Counted from the first letter of the stretch, positions 14,649 through 28,348 are shown. The stretch: 64,000 bases of DNA from Phoronis australis (GCA_002633005.1 NMRA01000802.1:1-64000); one strand, 5' to 3'. Notes: a model not told the origin generated them from the sequence alone. Numbers and translations are program-made.

Positions 14649-15927
14649 CAAAGTGTCAAGCTCTTAGTTAACTTCCTGTTCGTTAACCCTTGCCCTTGCC
14701 AAGATTCCTTCTAGAATCTACCACGAGATGGCTCTGTTGTGCAATTGCCTCTGTACACTGCAGCAAGTGTTTATGCTTCAACTACTATAGCGTATCTACC
14801 CTTACCCACAGTCGGTCATGACTGATCGTTCAGTCATGACTGATTTGTGACTGATAAGTGACTGACCAATTCAGTCATGACCAACCTGTGACTGAACAAA
14901 TGTCTAACACAGGTGGTGTGACTGAATTATGACTGAATAGTCTTAGAATGCATTAGATATGACTGAACATTGACTGAATTGTCTTTAAACTTTAAAAGTG
15001 TGACTGAATGATGACTGAAATCTCTTTGGATCACTGAACATAGGACTGATTATCTTGAACTTTCTACATGTAGATGTGACTGAATGATGACTGAAATCTC
15101 TTCAAATATTTTACATGTGATCCAATCCACAAGCACAGGACTTAATTATATCTCAAAACTTCAGAAGTGACTGATAATTAATAACAATGTAACGTACTAG
15201 CAGTAAGCATAACGAAATAGAAAATCAACCCCAACACATAATGTCAGGGATGAAACTCTAATTCCTTGCCTTACTTTGTCCTCAACATGCAAAAATACAT
15301 TATCTGCCCATTGACCTTAATTAATTAATGCTGTGTCTCTAAATCAACTGTTTTAAGTACGATACATACAAATGCCATATGTTTATGTTAATCATTATTT
15401 ATTTACAGAAACCAAGCCGATAAGTTGACAATATCTATACAGAGTGAAGGCAACAAAAGAACAAATTATTTGTACACTCTTTTTCAACAATACAGCACAT
15501 CCATTTTTAAGTCGCAATTAACAATGGCAGTCTAATACAAAAAGTATACAAAAAAACAAGAACACTTCATAACAATTCTGCATTTTGGGGAATCCACAGC
15601 TTAAGTCAATTTGCAGAGTTGTTCTAGAGCTGACATAGTTGTTTTAAATTATTAGTAGTGCATGATGACATAAACAACTTGAAAAGACAGCTTTAATGTG
15701 CTGTACTATTGTGACTCTCCCTCTAAGTGTACCAGGCACTAAAGTTACCATATGTTGAAGGGGTGTTTTTTCATGATTAGAAAGGTGCAATGAAACGGTC
15801 TCATAGACAGTACTAGTTTTGCTTTCTAATAAGTTTGGTAGTCTTTTGATCTTCAGTAGGCAAAACAATACATTTTTTTTCACTGGAGAACACTGGTTGT
15901 CTTTCACTTTATTCTACATTATTCTTA

Positions 15928-18000
15928 TTATTCTCTTTCTAAAAAATTGGGAAACTTGCTGACAAATGTCTGTCCAGTTTCTAATTTTATAAATGCAACT
16001 AGGCATTTAATGTCCTTAACAAAGATAGGTTTCATATCATTGTCAACTGACAGACACAAGACATGTGTCAAGTGAGGCAGCTTAACATTTTCTACCACGG
16101 AAAGTCTTTTGACAATGGCTAAAAAGGCGACTTCATCATCGTGTAATGAAACATGTAGAAAATACTGGATCTGTGCGAAACTGTTGTCATTCAGTAATAC
16201 AGTGTAACTATTTCTTCGCGTTACTTTCTTATACTCTTTAGAATGGATAACAAGGCCATGTAATAGAATACGTTTAAAATTGCGGCAGTCCGAACAGGTA
16301 ATAGCAAGGTAATCTTTGACTAAATTAGGTACATTAAAGGGTGTCATATGACCAACAGCAGAAATACCCTCACAAATATATACAGTGGTACTTTTGACTT
16401 TATGGTGTGACGCAAATTTTTGGTAAAGACTTTCTGCATTGCTGCCAGGTAACAACTGCTTTACAAGTTCAGGAATTTTCTTTTGAATGCACACAGAATG
16501 ACAAATCTGCTTGGGGATGTGTTGAGTCCCATGAAAGGGTGATCTTAAATCCCCATTCAGATCTTCATAAAAAAACAAGACTGTGCCCACAGGGGTCCAA
16601 GGTCTCTGACTTTCTTAACCAAGTGTAATAAACTGTGTGCATCCATAGTGACAAATTCCTCACCATAATAGTCCGGGAATAATGCACAGAAATATATTAT
16701 TAGTTTGTGGGCTTCCTGAATTTCCAATGCAGAGATACTGTCCTGCAGCAAAATGTACATAGCAGAGACTAAAGCTGAAAAATGGCTGTAAAATGGTTCT
16801 GGTAAAACTCCAAATGAGACAACAACACCATAACACAGCAAAAATGACCTGAATTCTGAAGCTTTCCAGTTTGATAATTGATCAAGGGAGCGAGGCAATC
16901 GAGTGAAACGATTGGGAAGTTTTTTTCACTGTGATATATATTTATTGAAGGATACACAGAACATACAAAGAAATAATAACAAACCCAGAAACCGCGAAGC
17001 ATTATATCTGGGTTGTAAACAATTCATAAATGAAACTTATATACATAGAGGTATATACAATTAAGTAGTATCTAAAATAAGTATTCCAATACTTAGACAT
17101 GCTATTACAGATATATAAAACAAAATATATTTACAGATTCATGTAGGGAAATCAGATGCAACAATATTGATAAACGGTACATAAAAATTTTCTAACGTTG
17201 CTTAGGAGGAATTCGTTGAGAACAAAGTCAAGGTTAGGACTACCATTCAGTAATAATGTAACTCTAGTAGGGATATTATTACAAGAATTGAGAGCGTTAA
17301 CAATTGATTGGTTATCATTGAGTGCACGAAAGAGTGAGTCTCTCAGGGATTCGATGAGGGGACATTTGAAGAAAATATGAGGATAAGATTGATGGTCACC
17401 ACATTTACAGTTTGGAGAGACATTACTAAAGTTGTGCCTGAACTTGTCAGAGTTGAGGAAAAGGCCACATCTTGATCAGTACAATGCTATTTCGTTATCG
17501 CGGGTAAGGGAGAATTGAGTGGGAAGTGGGAGCTGCACCAGTCTGGTGTCTAAGAGGTCAACTTTATGGAACACAGAAAAGGCCGATGTCTTATAGCTAG
17601 ATGATGTCCAAAATACTAACAGCAGCTTCATGACCCCCAAACAAACCGTATGCATGTAGTCCACTGCCACTCCTCGTACAAAATCAAAATGCTGCAAAAC
17701 ACTTATATATGATACCCCCTTCACCCCATTGACTGGTTTTGCAGTTCGTTCAGCTACGATGGCATCTCTTTTGCACTGTTCCATACTTCTTGCTGTCTCG
17801 TAACCTTTCTGACCCACAGCAGCTGAGTAGCTCAAAGGAAAAACCATCTTATGAAAACCTGCAGCTGTTTTGAATGTTTCACCCTTAGTGAGGCAAGAGT
17901 TGCACCCAAAACTCCCAATGCACTGTACAAAATTTTGTACAAGCGCCCGGGCTGGAGCGTCAAATATCCCAGAAAAAAGAGCGAATCTGACTCTGGAGAC
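15928..18000 (-). pseudogene. CMC/EnSpm transposase pseudogene (interrupted and frameshifted)
   Basis: Motifs FDAPARAL..GSFGCNSC, GVKG..DYMHTVCLGV, PRSL..WKASEFRSFLL and HSLLHL..V..LGPLWAQSCF/YEDLNG. Frameshift near 16575, LINE insertion at 16921-17519, and the 5' part is disrupted. Confidence 0.85.
16921..17519 (-). mobile_element. 5'-truncated non-LTR retrotransposon (CR1/L2-like 3' end) inserted in the transposase
   Basis: 8-bp TSD tgggaagt at 16913-16920 and 17520-17527. The - strand translates RCGLFLNSDKFRHNFSNVSPNCKCGDHQSYPHIFFKCP...LLLNGSPNL...NVRKF, resembling an ORF2 C-terminal CxC..H..C knuckle, then AATAAA and a short A tail. Confidence 0.8.
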
Positions 18001-20246
18001 ACCTCATACAAGCAATGTCCAACCCTAAAAATTCGGACAGAAGACATTTCAATCCTTTTGTTTTCAACACTGGAAAGAACTGTGGGTCTTGATCTTAAAA
18101 ATTTGGCAAGTCGTAAAATTTTACAGTTTCGTTTATTACCGCATAGGCGTGTATTTATGGTCATTACGCCTAATTACATGTACGTTAAAAAATGTTTTTT
18201 TGGATACAGGCCAATGCGCCCATAGGTGAAGCAGTTTAGTTACTAACAAGCAAAACCACATTGTAATCTATTTTGCCCGGGGTACGCCACGAGCTATGTT
18301 GCAAAGTAAAACAAGACGAGGATTGCGAATAATGACATTGATTAAGACGTAAACAGGAAGAACTAAACAAGACTGCAAGATGGGCACGGAAAAAACGCCA
18401 TAATGGCAGTATGGGAATACTGACATCGCACATCCGAGGAAGCGTAAACAGAGTAATAACAATGATAGACTATGAGCAATATATGGACTTATAAAGGTAT
18501 AATCGAAAACTAGAATACAAAAGCAAGGACATAAAAACTAGAATATAAACAAAACACAAGGTAATTAGGACTAATGACTAGAATTTGCAAATCCTGCAGC
18601 TACAGACGTTTTGATGTTATTTAAAACATTCATCAGAACTGGTGTTGATTTGGTCAAGCTCGGAACCAGCTTGTACTTGATAACGATACTAACATCTCGG
18701 CTACAAATTACTGGGTCCCAATCCCCAGCTGTGTGACTGAAATTAAAGGTAGAATGTCCTCCCATTTCATTGTGAAACTAGGCCATTCACCATTACACAG
18801 CTTGTCTACTTTTCTTTACCATGGGATGTTATTTTTGACGGACCTGTCGACCATCAAAAAGCAAAAATCTTGAGATTGAGGTGCCAAATTGTGAAATTTA
18901 TGAAATCGTTTTTTCTGTTATATGAGGTCAGTGCGCTTTGCTGAGGGGTTGCACCCCTGTTTACTTTTGTAATGTACTCCAGCATGAGTGTTGAGTTTTG
19001 ATATATCCTGTGATATCAAGGTGCAGTCCCCACAAAATCGGTTTGTTTTGGTATAATCTCAGATTCACCTGAATGCAAAAAAAAGCTTTTTAAGTCCATT
19101 TGTTTAGGTAAGTTAGCATATTTTTCAAAAGCTGTAGAATAGTAGCAGAACTTTAAAAAGGAAATGACTCTTTAATTGATTTCTGCATAACTCATATTCA
19201 CTTTGTACTTTCCATAAGGTCCTCTTCTTAATTTCCCCGGAAGCTCACTGTCCGCCATTTTGAACGGAAATTACACTGGCACTCTCAATATGAAGACTTC
19301 TGTTGCAACATATTCAGTTGTCAGAGGAATTCAAAGTACTAATAACAGTAAATGTATCTACGATATATACATTTTGTGTTTAGTATTTTTAATTAGTGTT
19401 TCATACTGTGTCGTTATTGGCAGAAAATGAATGAATCAAAATAGTAAGCTTTGGCTTTGAGACTGTATCAAATCGATCGTTTTTTGCATGTTTTAGTGGC
19501 ATGCTGTTTCTTTTAACAACTGTGAATAAAAAAATGATTTTCCTTAATTGAAATATCTATCTATAAGAATTTTAATCACAAATATCAAGTGTAAGAGAAA
19601 ACAAAGGAGGCGCCAACTGACAACTGTCCGGTCGCGCCATTTTCAAATAACGTCCACTGCGTGTTTGACAGTCCAAGATTACGACCAACGTTTCTTGTCA
19701 ACGCACTGCATTCGCAACCATGAGTAAGAGACGGCTGAAAACCAAAATCTTTGACGATGTCCGTAAGTATTTCATGTCTAAGCTGATCGTGAACTTACTG
19801 CATTCTCGATCTCAAAGTCATGCAAGACTGCCGGATATGCCCAGTGCACACGGCCAAAACGACAGTGTACCATGATCGACCTCCTTATGATTTTCGTCAC
19901 ATGCTTTTTTGCAGATACAGAGAAAACAGCTTCAAAAGCTGCTGCATGAGTGAAAAACAAAAATCCTTAACAGAAACAACAGGGTTATGTTAGTGTTGTT
20001 TTCTGGCATTTTATGTTCGCAATCAGTTGTTATGTTCAGGCACCACACCATATACAACCATGCTCAAATTTATAATTTAGTTGTGAGACCATCTGTTTGG
20101 TGTTAATTTATTGTTATTTGTAACTAATTTTAGGTGTTACGTAGCAAGGAACATGAATTTCATTCAAAGGCGTAATCTACATGCTTTCAATTCTATTCTC
20201 ACAAGATGCTCATATTTTCTCGTGTTTTGAGTTAAACTTCCGTCCA

Positions 20247-21964
20247 TGTGTTTATATATAGAGCCACCTTCCTACCTTATACATCCCACGTTTCCTTCGA
20301 TTGTGTTCCACCTCTAGGGTTCGGCCACACCTTCCCGGGGCGGTCGTTCCCCTTTTTTGCATCAGTCTCTCCGCCGCTCCGTTTTTCTTTTTCAGATGCC
20401 TCGTCAGTCAGCTCGTCCATCCAACTCACCGTATTCTCGCCCTTCACCGGCACACCCTCGCTCCTCTACATCGTCTGCGACGTCTTCGACTCCGCCCTCT
20501 GCACCAGCGCCGGACGTTTCCACCGTAGTCTCGTCGGTTAACCAGCAACTTCGCCAGGATCCATCTCTCCTCCCTGTGCCACCGTCGGTCTCAGTGCCCC
20601 TGCCAGCTGCTCCGTCGGTCATCACTGTGCAGCCTCCACCACTGCCTCTACCTTCAACCGTCCATCCGCCGACCAACGACCAGCCGTTGCCCACCACTCT
20701 TCCCTGTTATTTTGTTTATATCGTCACCTTGGGTACTTCAGTTTCTGTTAGCCGCTCTTTTTCATATCTTAAGTACTTTCTCTTATGTTTCGGGCTTAGC
20801 CCTGCATAGCCTCTGTAACATTTTCAGTTCGTGCTTTTGTTCGTTTACGGGGTCCTTATATAAATCTTTCCTTATCTTACTTATGGTACTTTCGTTTCAC
20901 TCCGTGTATCTTGTTTTTCCTATTTACCACTTTGCCACTTTGTCTCATTGTTTTGTTCAGTCTTCCATGTATTACTTTTGTATTTTTAGCCTTACTCTAG
21001 TTCCATTCGTTACCGCCACGACACCAGGGTGAGCTCACACCCGGCAGCTGTTGCAGCACTTGGGTAAACGTACCTCCCCTCCAGCCTTGACCCCTGGAGT
21101 TAGGGTTGGGTATACGGCTGCCAGTCTCTGTAAGTATGCGAGTCTACACAATACCTCATTCTTCCTCCCTTTTCTTTTGGTGCGTCCCTGCGGATGGGCA
21201 TGAGCTGTCTTCAACATCTCTCGTGGCGCTTTTTATTAACCATCTTTCCAGAGATTATTATTTTATCTTTATGTTATTTGTACATTCATATTTCTGTACC
21301 TTATCAGTCATAATAAATGACCTTATATCGCCTATACACGGTATCTCTGGAAACGGTGCTTGCGACGCACCCATTATTTTCGGGACATATTCCAAGCATA
21401 AATTATATTTCACTCGTTAAATATATTTATGTGAGAATATGGATTCGTCCCTCTTATACCCCCATCTTTCGGAATGGTCCAATAACCCCTTGTGTAGATT
21501 CGCATGCGGTCCTCCTGCACTCGAGGCACTAGGACACTCCATTTCCAGCCTCACTATTGGTTAGTTTGTGTTACTGCCACGAGTTTGGTCAGCTCCTGGC
21601 TCCCATAGGCTGATGACTCTGTCACGTGTCATAGGGCTCCTTTGTTCTCAGTAAAGTTATATATCCTGCCATCAGTACTTCGCTTTAGCAGCACTTAGGT
21701 TCGAGATTAATCTCTCTTCATTTTTTCCCACCCTCTACCACCATCTCCTTTGGGTAGTTCCTCTTACCTGAGTGCTGGCGCTTCTTATTGCCCATCTTTC
21801 CAGAGATTATTATTTTATCTTTATGTTATTTGTACACTCATATTTCTGTACCTTATCAGTCATAATAAATGACCTTATATCGCCTATACACGGTCTCCTT
21901 TGTATCTCTGGAAAGGGAGCTTGCAACGCACCTATTATTTTCGGGACATATTCCGAGCATAAAT
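20247..21964 (+). mobile_element. Possible DIRS/Ngaro-like retroelement relic nested in the CACTA element
   Basis: Pyrimidine-rich block with a Pro/Ser-rich gag-like start (MPRQSARPSNSPYSRP... at 20397) and two ~185-bp direct repeats (21224-21403 and 21776-21964) ending TTCGGGACATATTCC..GCATAAAT. No RT or recombinase seen. Confidence 0.4.
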
Positions 21965-24744
21965 AGTTTGTACAGCATTTTGTGTTTGAAAATTTGCATG
22001 TTCTATTTTGTCTAATAAAGTGGTTAAAGATAAACTGTTCACACTTCTGTTGTACAGTGCAAATGCAGAAATACGTTATCTGTAATTTTCAAATAATGCT
22101 ACCTACACCCGTTTCAGCATTCTTCAGAATAGCACACAATGTCACTGAAATGTGACTGTTTATTCAGTCAATATTCAGTCAATGTCCCAATTATTGAATG
22201 AGTTGACTGAAATATGACTGATTATTCAGTCAATATCCAGTCAATGTCTCCATTATTTAAATGAGTTAACTGAAATATAACATAACATAATTCAGTCACA
22301 ATCCAGTCATGACTGAATCAATCAGTCACGTCCCAATTATGCAAATGACTTGACTGAAAAGTGACTGATTCCTCTCATATGATGTGTAGATCATAGTTTA
22401 GGCATGAGTGAAGTATGACTGGAGTGTTCAGTCATTTTTCAGTCATGACTGAACAGACGCTGTAAATGTGACTGAAAGGTGACTGAATCGTGACTGAATG
22501 TTGACTGGTCTAGGGTAAGGGTAATTATCTTGTTGATTTCAGCCTATAATGTAACACTACTTATTTTGTGATTGGCTAATGAAAACCACAGGATCATATC
22601 CACTCATATTATTGGCTGTTACAATTTGTTCTCAGAATAGTCTAGAATCTCTAGAGTACTTTGACCTCAGAACCCAAAGTTGTAAACACCATCTAAAAAT
22701 AGATTTTGACGTTAAAGTACTTGTCAACAAGTCTGACCCCATGATTTAAAAGAACATATGCACAGATTTTGGGCAACTTAAAATGGATCTATCTTTACTA
22801 ATTATTTAATCAATATTTATTCTGACAAACATCTTCTATGTTACTCAACGCTCCCGGAAGTTCATCTTACAGTAGCTTTTGCAGAAACTTTTCAACTTAA
22901 CCGTGGGCTTTTTAACTAACGAAATAGATATGCTTTTAACCATAAATCAAAATTGTCAGATGAAAGAGTGGGGTTGTGACGAATGATTTCCAGTTAAAAA
23001 TGGTGTGTGTGATAGTGCAATTATTGTAATGATGCAGGGCCGCAGGAAGCGGGGGGCCGGGGTGGCATGTGTCCCCCCCACTTCTAAAAAATGCAGGCGT
23101 CAGGGTCAAACTGTGGCAATTGGCATAGGCGTGGAGCTGGGGACAGTCGAGAAAAGAAAGACTGCGAATACAAATAAGAGAGTAAATTCAAGAGAACATT
23201 TGACAACTCAGTACCAGTGCATGGTTTACCCTTTGAGGACCTTAACCACGACATTTTGGTGACTCGGTTTTGGCAGTATATGTCGCACTTGAAAATGTGC
23301 ACTTAATCATTCATATATGTATTTCGAAAATTCGAGAAAATGTGTAAAACGAAAGTTTTTTGGTGCGTATTAATTCACTGGATTATTAAATTCAATAAAA
23401 CGTGTTGCGAAAGCAAAACTTTACTTTTCCAGAGATCGCTCTCTGACAAGGGATAACGGAGACAACTGCCCCTCTACAGATAATACTAATTGATGAGCAT
23501 TTCCTGATTTTTGAAAATATACATGTATATGTAGCTCTTTTCATACTTAGGGGTCCAGTCCTTAAAGGCCATTGATGACATTCAAGTGGCCACCCTTCTC
23601 GTGTTTTTATTGACAAATTCTTACAGGGCCGCCCAAGGAGATCGAGCCCAATGTGGAAATCGATTACCTCAACTTTCCTGTTTTTTGTGAAATCGTACAA
23701 CCGGCTGTCATGTTGAGGAAGGTCACTTTTTGCAGCGTCACACGACGATAGAATGATCAGTCACTCTTTCCCAAGCATAATGATGTTTAGTCTTTCATCG
23801 TAAAGTTTCCCATTTTAGATGGTACCCTCTCTTGGTGGGGCGGTTCGGGAGAATTGTCCCTTTACACTTTACACACACAACTCCGACATGACATTGTCCC
23901 AAGTATTCACGAGGGTAAGTTGATATTCCAAATTCATAAAAAAACACAAAATACAGCACAACAGTATCAAGACATTCGAACCGAACAACCAAAAAATGTG
24001 AAAATACAACAGGATTGACCGCCAGATGGAAAATATGGGATTTTGAAGAACGCGAAGGCCGCTATTTTAGAATTACACAAAAGGACTTGTTCCAATGGTT
24101 AGTTATAAAATAATATTACCTTTTTACAAATTATCACAAGAATAGCATTTCTTTTGAAGATTGTTACAAGGAGATGTTTGTAAGAAATTCGCACCTATCG
24201 AAAAGACTGCCTGGGCTGTCGATTTTTATGATCGTCTAAATGTCAAACCGGGGGTACTGTTACTCAAAGTACTCGCAATCATAAACAAAGATTTCTCAAC
24301 GTTTGATTGAAGTTCACGATTAATTTGTGAGCATGCCTGTAGAAATTGCTTATAACGTGACATTCCGTTTTTATAAACAAGTCCATTGGTTTCTGATTTA
24401 CATGTTTATGCAGGTGCAGATCCAGGATTTTGAGTTAGGGGGGACCAGGGCACGGGAATAACCAGAATTTCGGCAGATGCGCGTGCCCAGGCTAAATTGT
24501 GGGGACGTAGAGGCACCGAATGCGGACCTGTTGACTAAAAAAAAACGGTAAAGTGATTTGTTCAATTTGTTCAGGGCCTATGCGTTGTTTATTCACCCCC
24601 AACGAGTCCCTGCTTGCNGACGGATTCATAGATAATTTTTGACAATTAGAAGCTAATCTTCTAGGAGTTGATGATGTTTCGGTGAATTTAGCTACAGCCT
24701 GAAGTTGGAAAAAATCTATAACATATTTTGAGAGTCCTTGATCA

Positions 24745-25240
24745 TCTCAGCTCGATCAAGGATTCTCAAAAATATGTTTCTTACTATTGTGTTTTTATTA
24801 TTGTCACGTGACCACGTTATTTAAGTCTAGTGTTCATGTGTAAGAATGGTTCACTAATACCAAATTAACGCCCCAGACAATTTTAAGAAAATTTTTGAAA
24901 TGAAAAAATAGATTATGTTTCAAAAAAAAAACCGCGAGAATTTTGCTTTAAAATGCCTAGTTTTTGCGTACCCAGCGATTTGCGAATAACACCGCTCAAC
25001 AGTTTTTACCACAATGCCTTGTGTACTGCGAGTTATAAAAAACTTAATCCTAATGGTTTTTGACACATAACATAAACTTTTCATTTTAAAAATGTTTCAG
25101 CCATATCGGCTCGGGGGGTTATTATGCCATGAATGCACCATTCTTGCACATGAAAACTTGACTTAAAAGCGTTGTCACGTGACAATAATAAAGACACAGT
25201 GCTAAGGAGCATACAATGTATTTTTAGAATCATCGATGTT
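24745..25240. mobile_element. MITE-like inverted repeat
   Basis: TTTATTATTGTCACGTGAC (~24795) and GTCACGTGACAATAATAAA (~25175), with flanking similarity extending outward (GATTCT..AAAAAT versus ATTTTTAGAATC). Confidence 0.5.
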
Positions 25241-25896
25241 TATCCTTGCGAAAAATATTTATATTTAGATTATTACATGGCAAAGCCGTTATCTCCCGTA
25301 ATTTAGAGGCCGAGTGGTGTTTGTAGACTTTTTTTGAAATTCACGAGGGTTCTAGATAAGGGGGTAACGACTAAGAACACATACCTATCTATTTATACCC
25401 CATACTGATCAATAAACGTTAAAATGAATCGATCTGCCTTCTCGATTCGCCTCAGCTTTGTAACTACAGTGTACATGTAGTATTTTCTAAGTCAGAGGTG
25501 CCGAGTCACTCTTGTTAAAGTAATGATTTTACTCAAAACTAATTAAAGTGAATCTATAAAATAAGTTTTAGGCTAATAGGCTAGATTACTTAATATCTTA
25601 TCATGCTTAGCTTCCACCGTGAAAACATAATCTGTTAAAGTAGGTTGCCAGCGGTTACTGAGTATAATGTCCAAGTCAAAAATTCCTGACAACATGTTAT
25701 CCAGGTGGAGATCGATGATTTACAAGTGAGAAATAACGACAGATACATTTTTCTGAATTAAAGATGTCGTTTTTATTGAAACTGTACGTCTGATTTTCAA
25801 CACTGTAATAAATGTCGGTACACTGGGGTTTATTGAACATGGCTGTATTCCACGTTCTCACTTAAGTATTCAATTTTCACGTGAGATGACGTCAGC

Positions 25897-25985
25897 TGTT
25901 GAATAGCTGAGTGGTTAAGGCGACGATTGTCGTTACACGAAACTTGAGTGAAGCGTGTTCGAATCCAGCCTCGGTTCCCGCCAAA
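25897..25985 (+). repeat. tRNA-derived SINE head / pseudo-tRNA
   Basis: A box TAGCTGAGTGG (25904-25914) and B box GTTCGAATCC (25957-25966). The acceptor and T stems do not pair properly. Confidence 0.6.
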
Positions 25986-27170
25986 ATGCTAATCAAAACA
26001 TGTTGTGTAACATAGTGGGTTAAGTAACGGTTGTAATGGTCATGTTAGGATGATTATGTGGTATTAAATAATTACTTTTAATGGTTGAAAATGCAGTGTT
26101 TTTTCGATATTTGACTTAAGAGATGAAGTCCCGTATTAAGGCCCTAGATAACCTTTAACGCAATTGTCGATTTCGCAGTCAATTTCTAAATGAGGGTGTT
26201 TCCTAGGTTATTATTCCACTATTAAAACGACTACATGTCTTTTAAAGAGGTTTGTAATGATCGATTCGAAGTTCAGAATGTCGTTTTCCATATGGTCGAA
26301 TGAGTCTCAGTTCAAAGTTGCTGTCGAACCCTTCATTCAAAAATACAGGTTTTGGTGTAGACCAGTTACCGTTTTGAAATTTGTCTCAAATTTTTTCTTA
26401 CTACCTTAGTCAAAATGAGTCCGATTTATGGGCTGGACACCATTTTTTAGCGTTAAGTCAGGTCTTCACGCACGCGCACGTAAGTATACACACACACGCA
26501 CAAACACGCACATTTTCACGGACAACACAAGTGCGATTAATTACGGAAGTAAATAACACTCGTTATTTATGTGCATCTTCAACTGTCCAAACATAACTAG
26601 ATCAGGAACCTCATCAACAGAGCTGTGTGCAGTTATTGATGTTTTGTTTTGCATTGCTACGCTAGGTTTTTTATTGCTTAAGCGGTAGAAGGAAGCAAAG
26701 CTGTGGAGTTGCTGGTCGGTTTTGTAAAACGTTATCTGTATCATTAACAATTTCATTGTTATTGTTTTTGTAAACTACGTTATCCATGTATGAGTGTGCC
26801 TTATTTTTCCAGGACGCGCTCAATAACATTTGTCACTCGCATTGGAAATCTTATTCGATCTTGTGCTTCGCTTGTTAAAATATCGTAGAAACTTACATGT
26901 ACATTACGTGACACTTAAAACTGGTGTCCTACTGTAGTTGAATGCTCCCTGATACAGACTAACCTAGCACAGAAGTGCTGTACGCATTATTTCACCTGGA
27001 AAGATTTTCAATTACCGCACTGTGTAAACAATAAGCAGAAGAACGTATCTGAGTACCAGCATTGATTGGGCATGAAGCCTGCAATGTGCAATGTTATGGC
27101 GTTATAGCGCATCATATAAATATTGGTGTGACAAGTTGACTGTAGAACAACAGAATAGTATGCAAAGGTT

Positions 27171-27300
27171 GGAGTGGAGACTGTGTTAGCGAGTCTGCAA
27201 CTTGCTAACTTGATTTACATGTAGGCAATGTGGAGTGGAGACTTTGTTAGCGAGTCTGCAACTTGATAACTTGGTTTATATGTAGGCAATGTGGAGTGGA
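27171..27300. repeat. ~61-bp tandem duplication
   Basis: GGAGTGGAGACT.TGTTAGCGAGTCTGCAACTTG.TAACTTG.TTTA.ATGTAGGCAATGT occurs twice. Confidence 0.85.
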
Positions 27301-27767
27301 ACATTTCCTGAAAAAACTCCATTTGTATCCTATACAAGCAACAAAACTATTGGTACAGCTGATTTGAGCACTAAATATGCTGATTAAAATTTAAGGCGAG
27401 ATAAATTAGAATGAACCAGTTCATTAATACAAAATAACAGCTGAGCTCCTTCCAGACCATAGTGCAACCACAGAAACAAGAAATGTTAATTTACCGTATT
27501 TCTATGTTCGACGCTAAATTAAATCAGAACATTCGACAATTGCGTGAAACGGGTTATTCTCTGGAAATTGTCTTTGATGTGCGTGGTTAATAGTATAGTT
27601 GAAATTTTTTTATCAATCCGAATGTATTTTTACCCACGGCATGTATTCTTGCAATGGGAATGTTGATACAGTCGTGTGTAAAGTTGCATCAAGGTGTGTA
27701 TTACAGCGCCATCTGAGGTCATGTGTGTAAACATTTGCACAGTGTCACGCGTAGCGCAAATGGAAAA

Positions 27768-27911
27768 CAAGTGGCGGATTTAGAGGGGGCCAAGGGGCCC
27801 GTGGCCCCCTTAAAACTCTCCCAGATTCCATTTGGTAGTTCGGGGATGCGAATTTCTGACGGGAAATATCCTATGACCTACCCCCCCTTACTCAAAATCC
27901 TGGATCCGCAC
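27768..27911 (-). mobile_element. GC-rich MITE copy
   Basis: Reverse-complement homolog of 28349-28504 (GTGGCGGATTTAGAGGGGGCC...AAAATCCTGGATCCGC). Confidence 0.65.
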
Positions 27912-28348
27912 GTTTATTATTCATGTGTGGCGCCTTGTGTACTTTGGAACTTCTAGGCAGCATGGTATCAAACAATTGACTGTGACTGTGCTAATTTCAC
28001 GTATTTATTTTGTGAACAGAAAAACTGTTGGTGTACCAACTCCGGGAAGGTTTCCTAAAGTGCGGATACCAAGTATTTAACTATCTATTTCCATCGTGTG
28101 ACCTGTCTCCAACGGCTCTTTAACTGGTGTTTTCTTTGTTTTTAATACGTTCGAACAGTTCCTGACGAAACGAGTAGTCCTGCTTAAGAGCATCTGCCGT
28201 TTAACAATGTTTAAACCCACCATTATTCCTCTTGAAAATGTTCTGCTGACGGTAGATACATTGTACAATATAGTCCCAAGGTCGTACCCTTCTGGAATAC
28301 TGGGCGCTCTGCAGGAAAAACCCAGTTTCAAAACTATTATACAGTAGA

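Larger units (their letters stand above)
14799..22521 (-). mobile_element. CACTA/EnSpm-type (CMC superfamily) DNA transposon, defective, about 7.7 kb
   Basis: Termini CCCTTACCC...GGGTAAGGG, flanked by TA on both sides. Dense subterminal TGACTGAA/TTCAGTCA repeats at 14810-15175 and 22140-22510. Contains an internal transposase relic. Confidence 0.85.

Noticed and set aside
17502-17510. Internal GGGTAAGGG matching the CACTA right terminus
   Set aside because: It lies inside the LINE insert and has no adjacent TGACTGAA array; likely coincidental.
25897-25985. Functional tRNA gene
   Set aside because: A and B boxes are present, but the acceptor and T stems are mispaired, so it is treated as a SINE or pseudo-tRNA.
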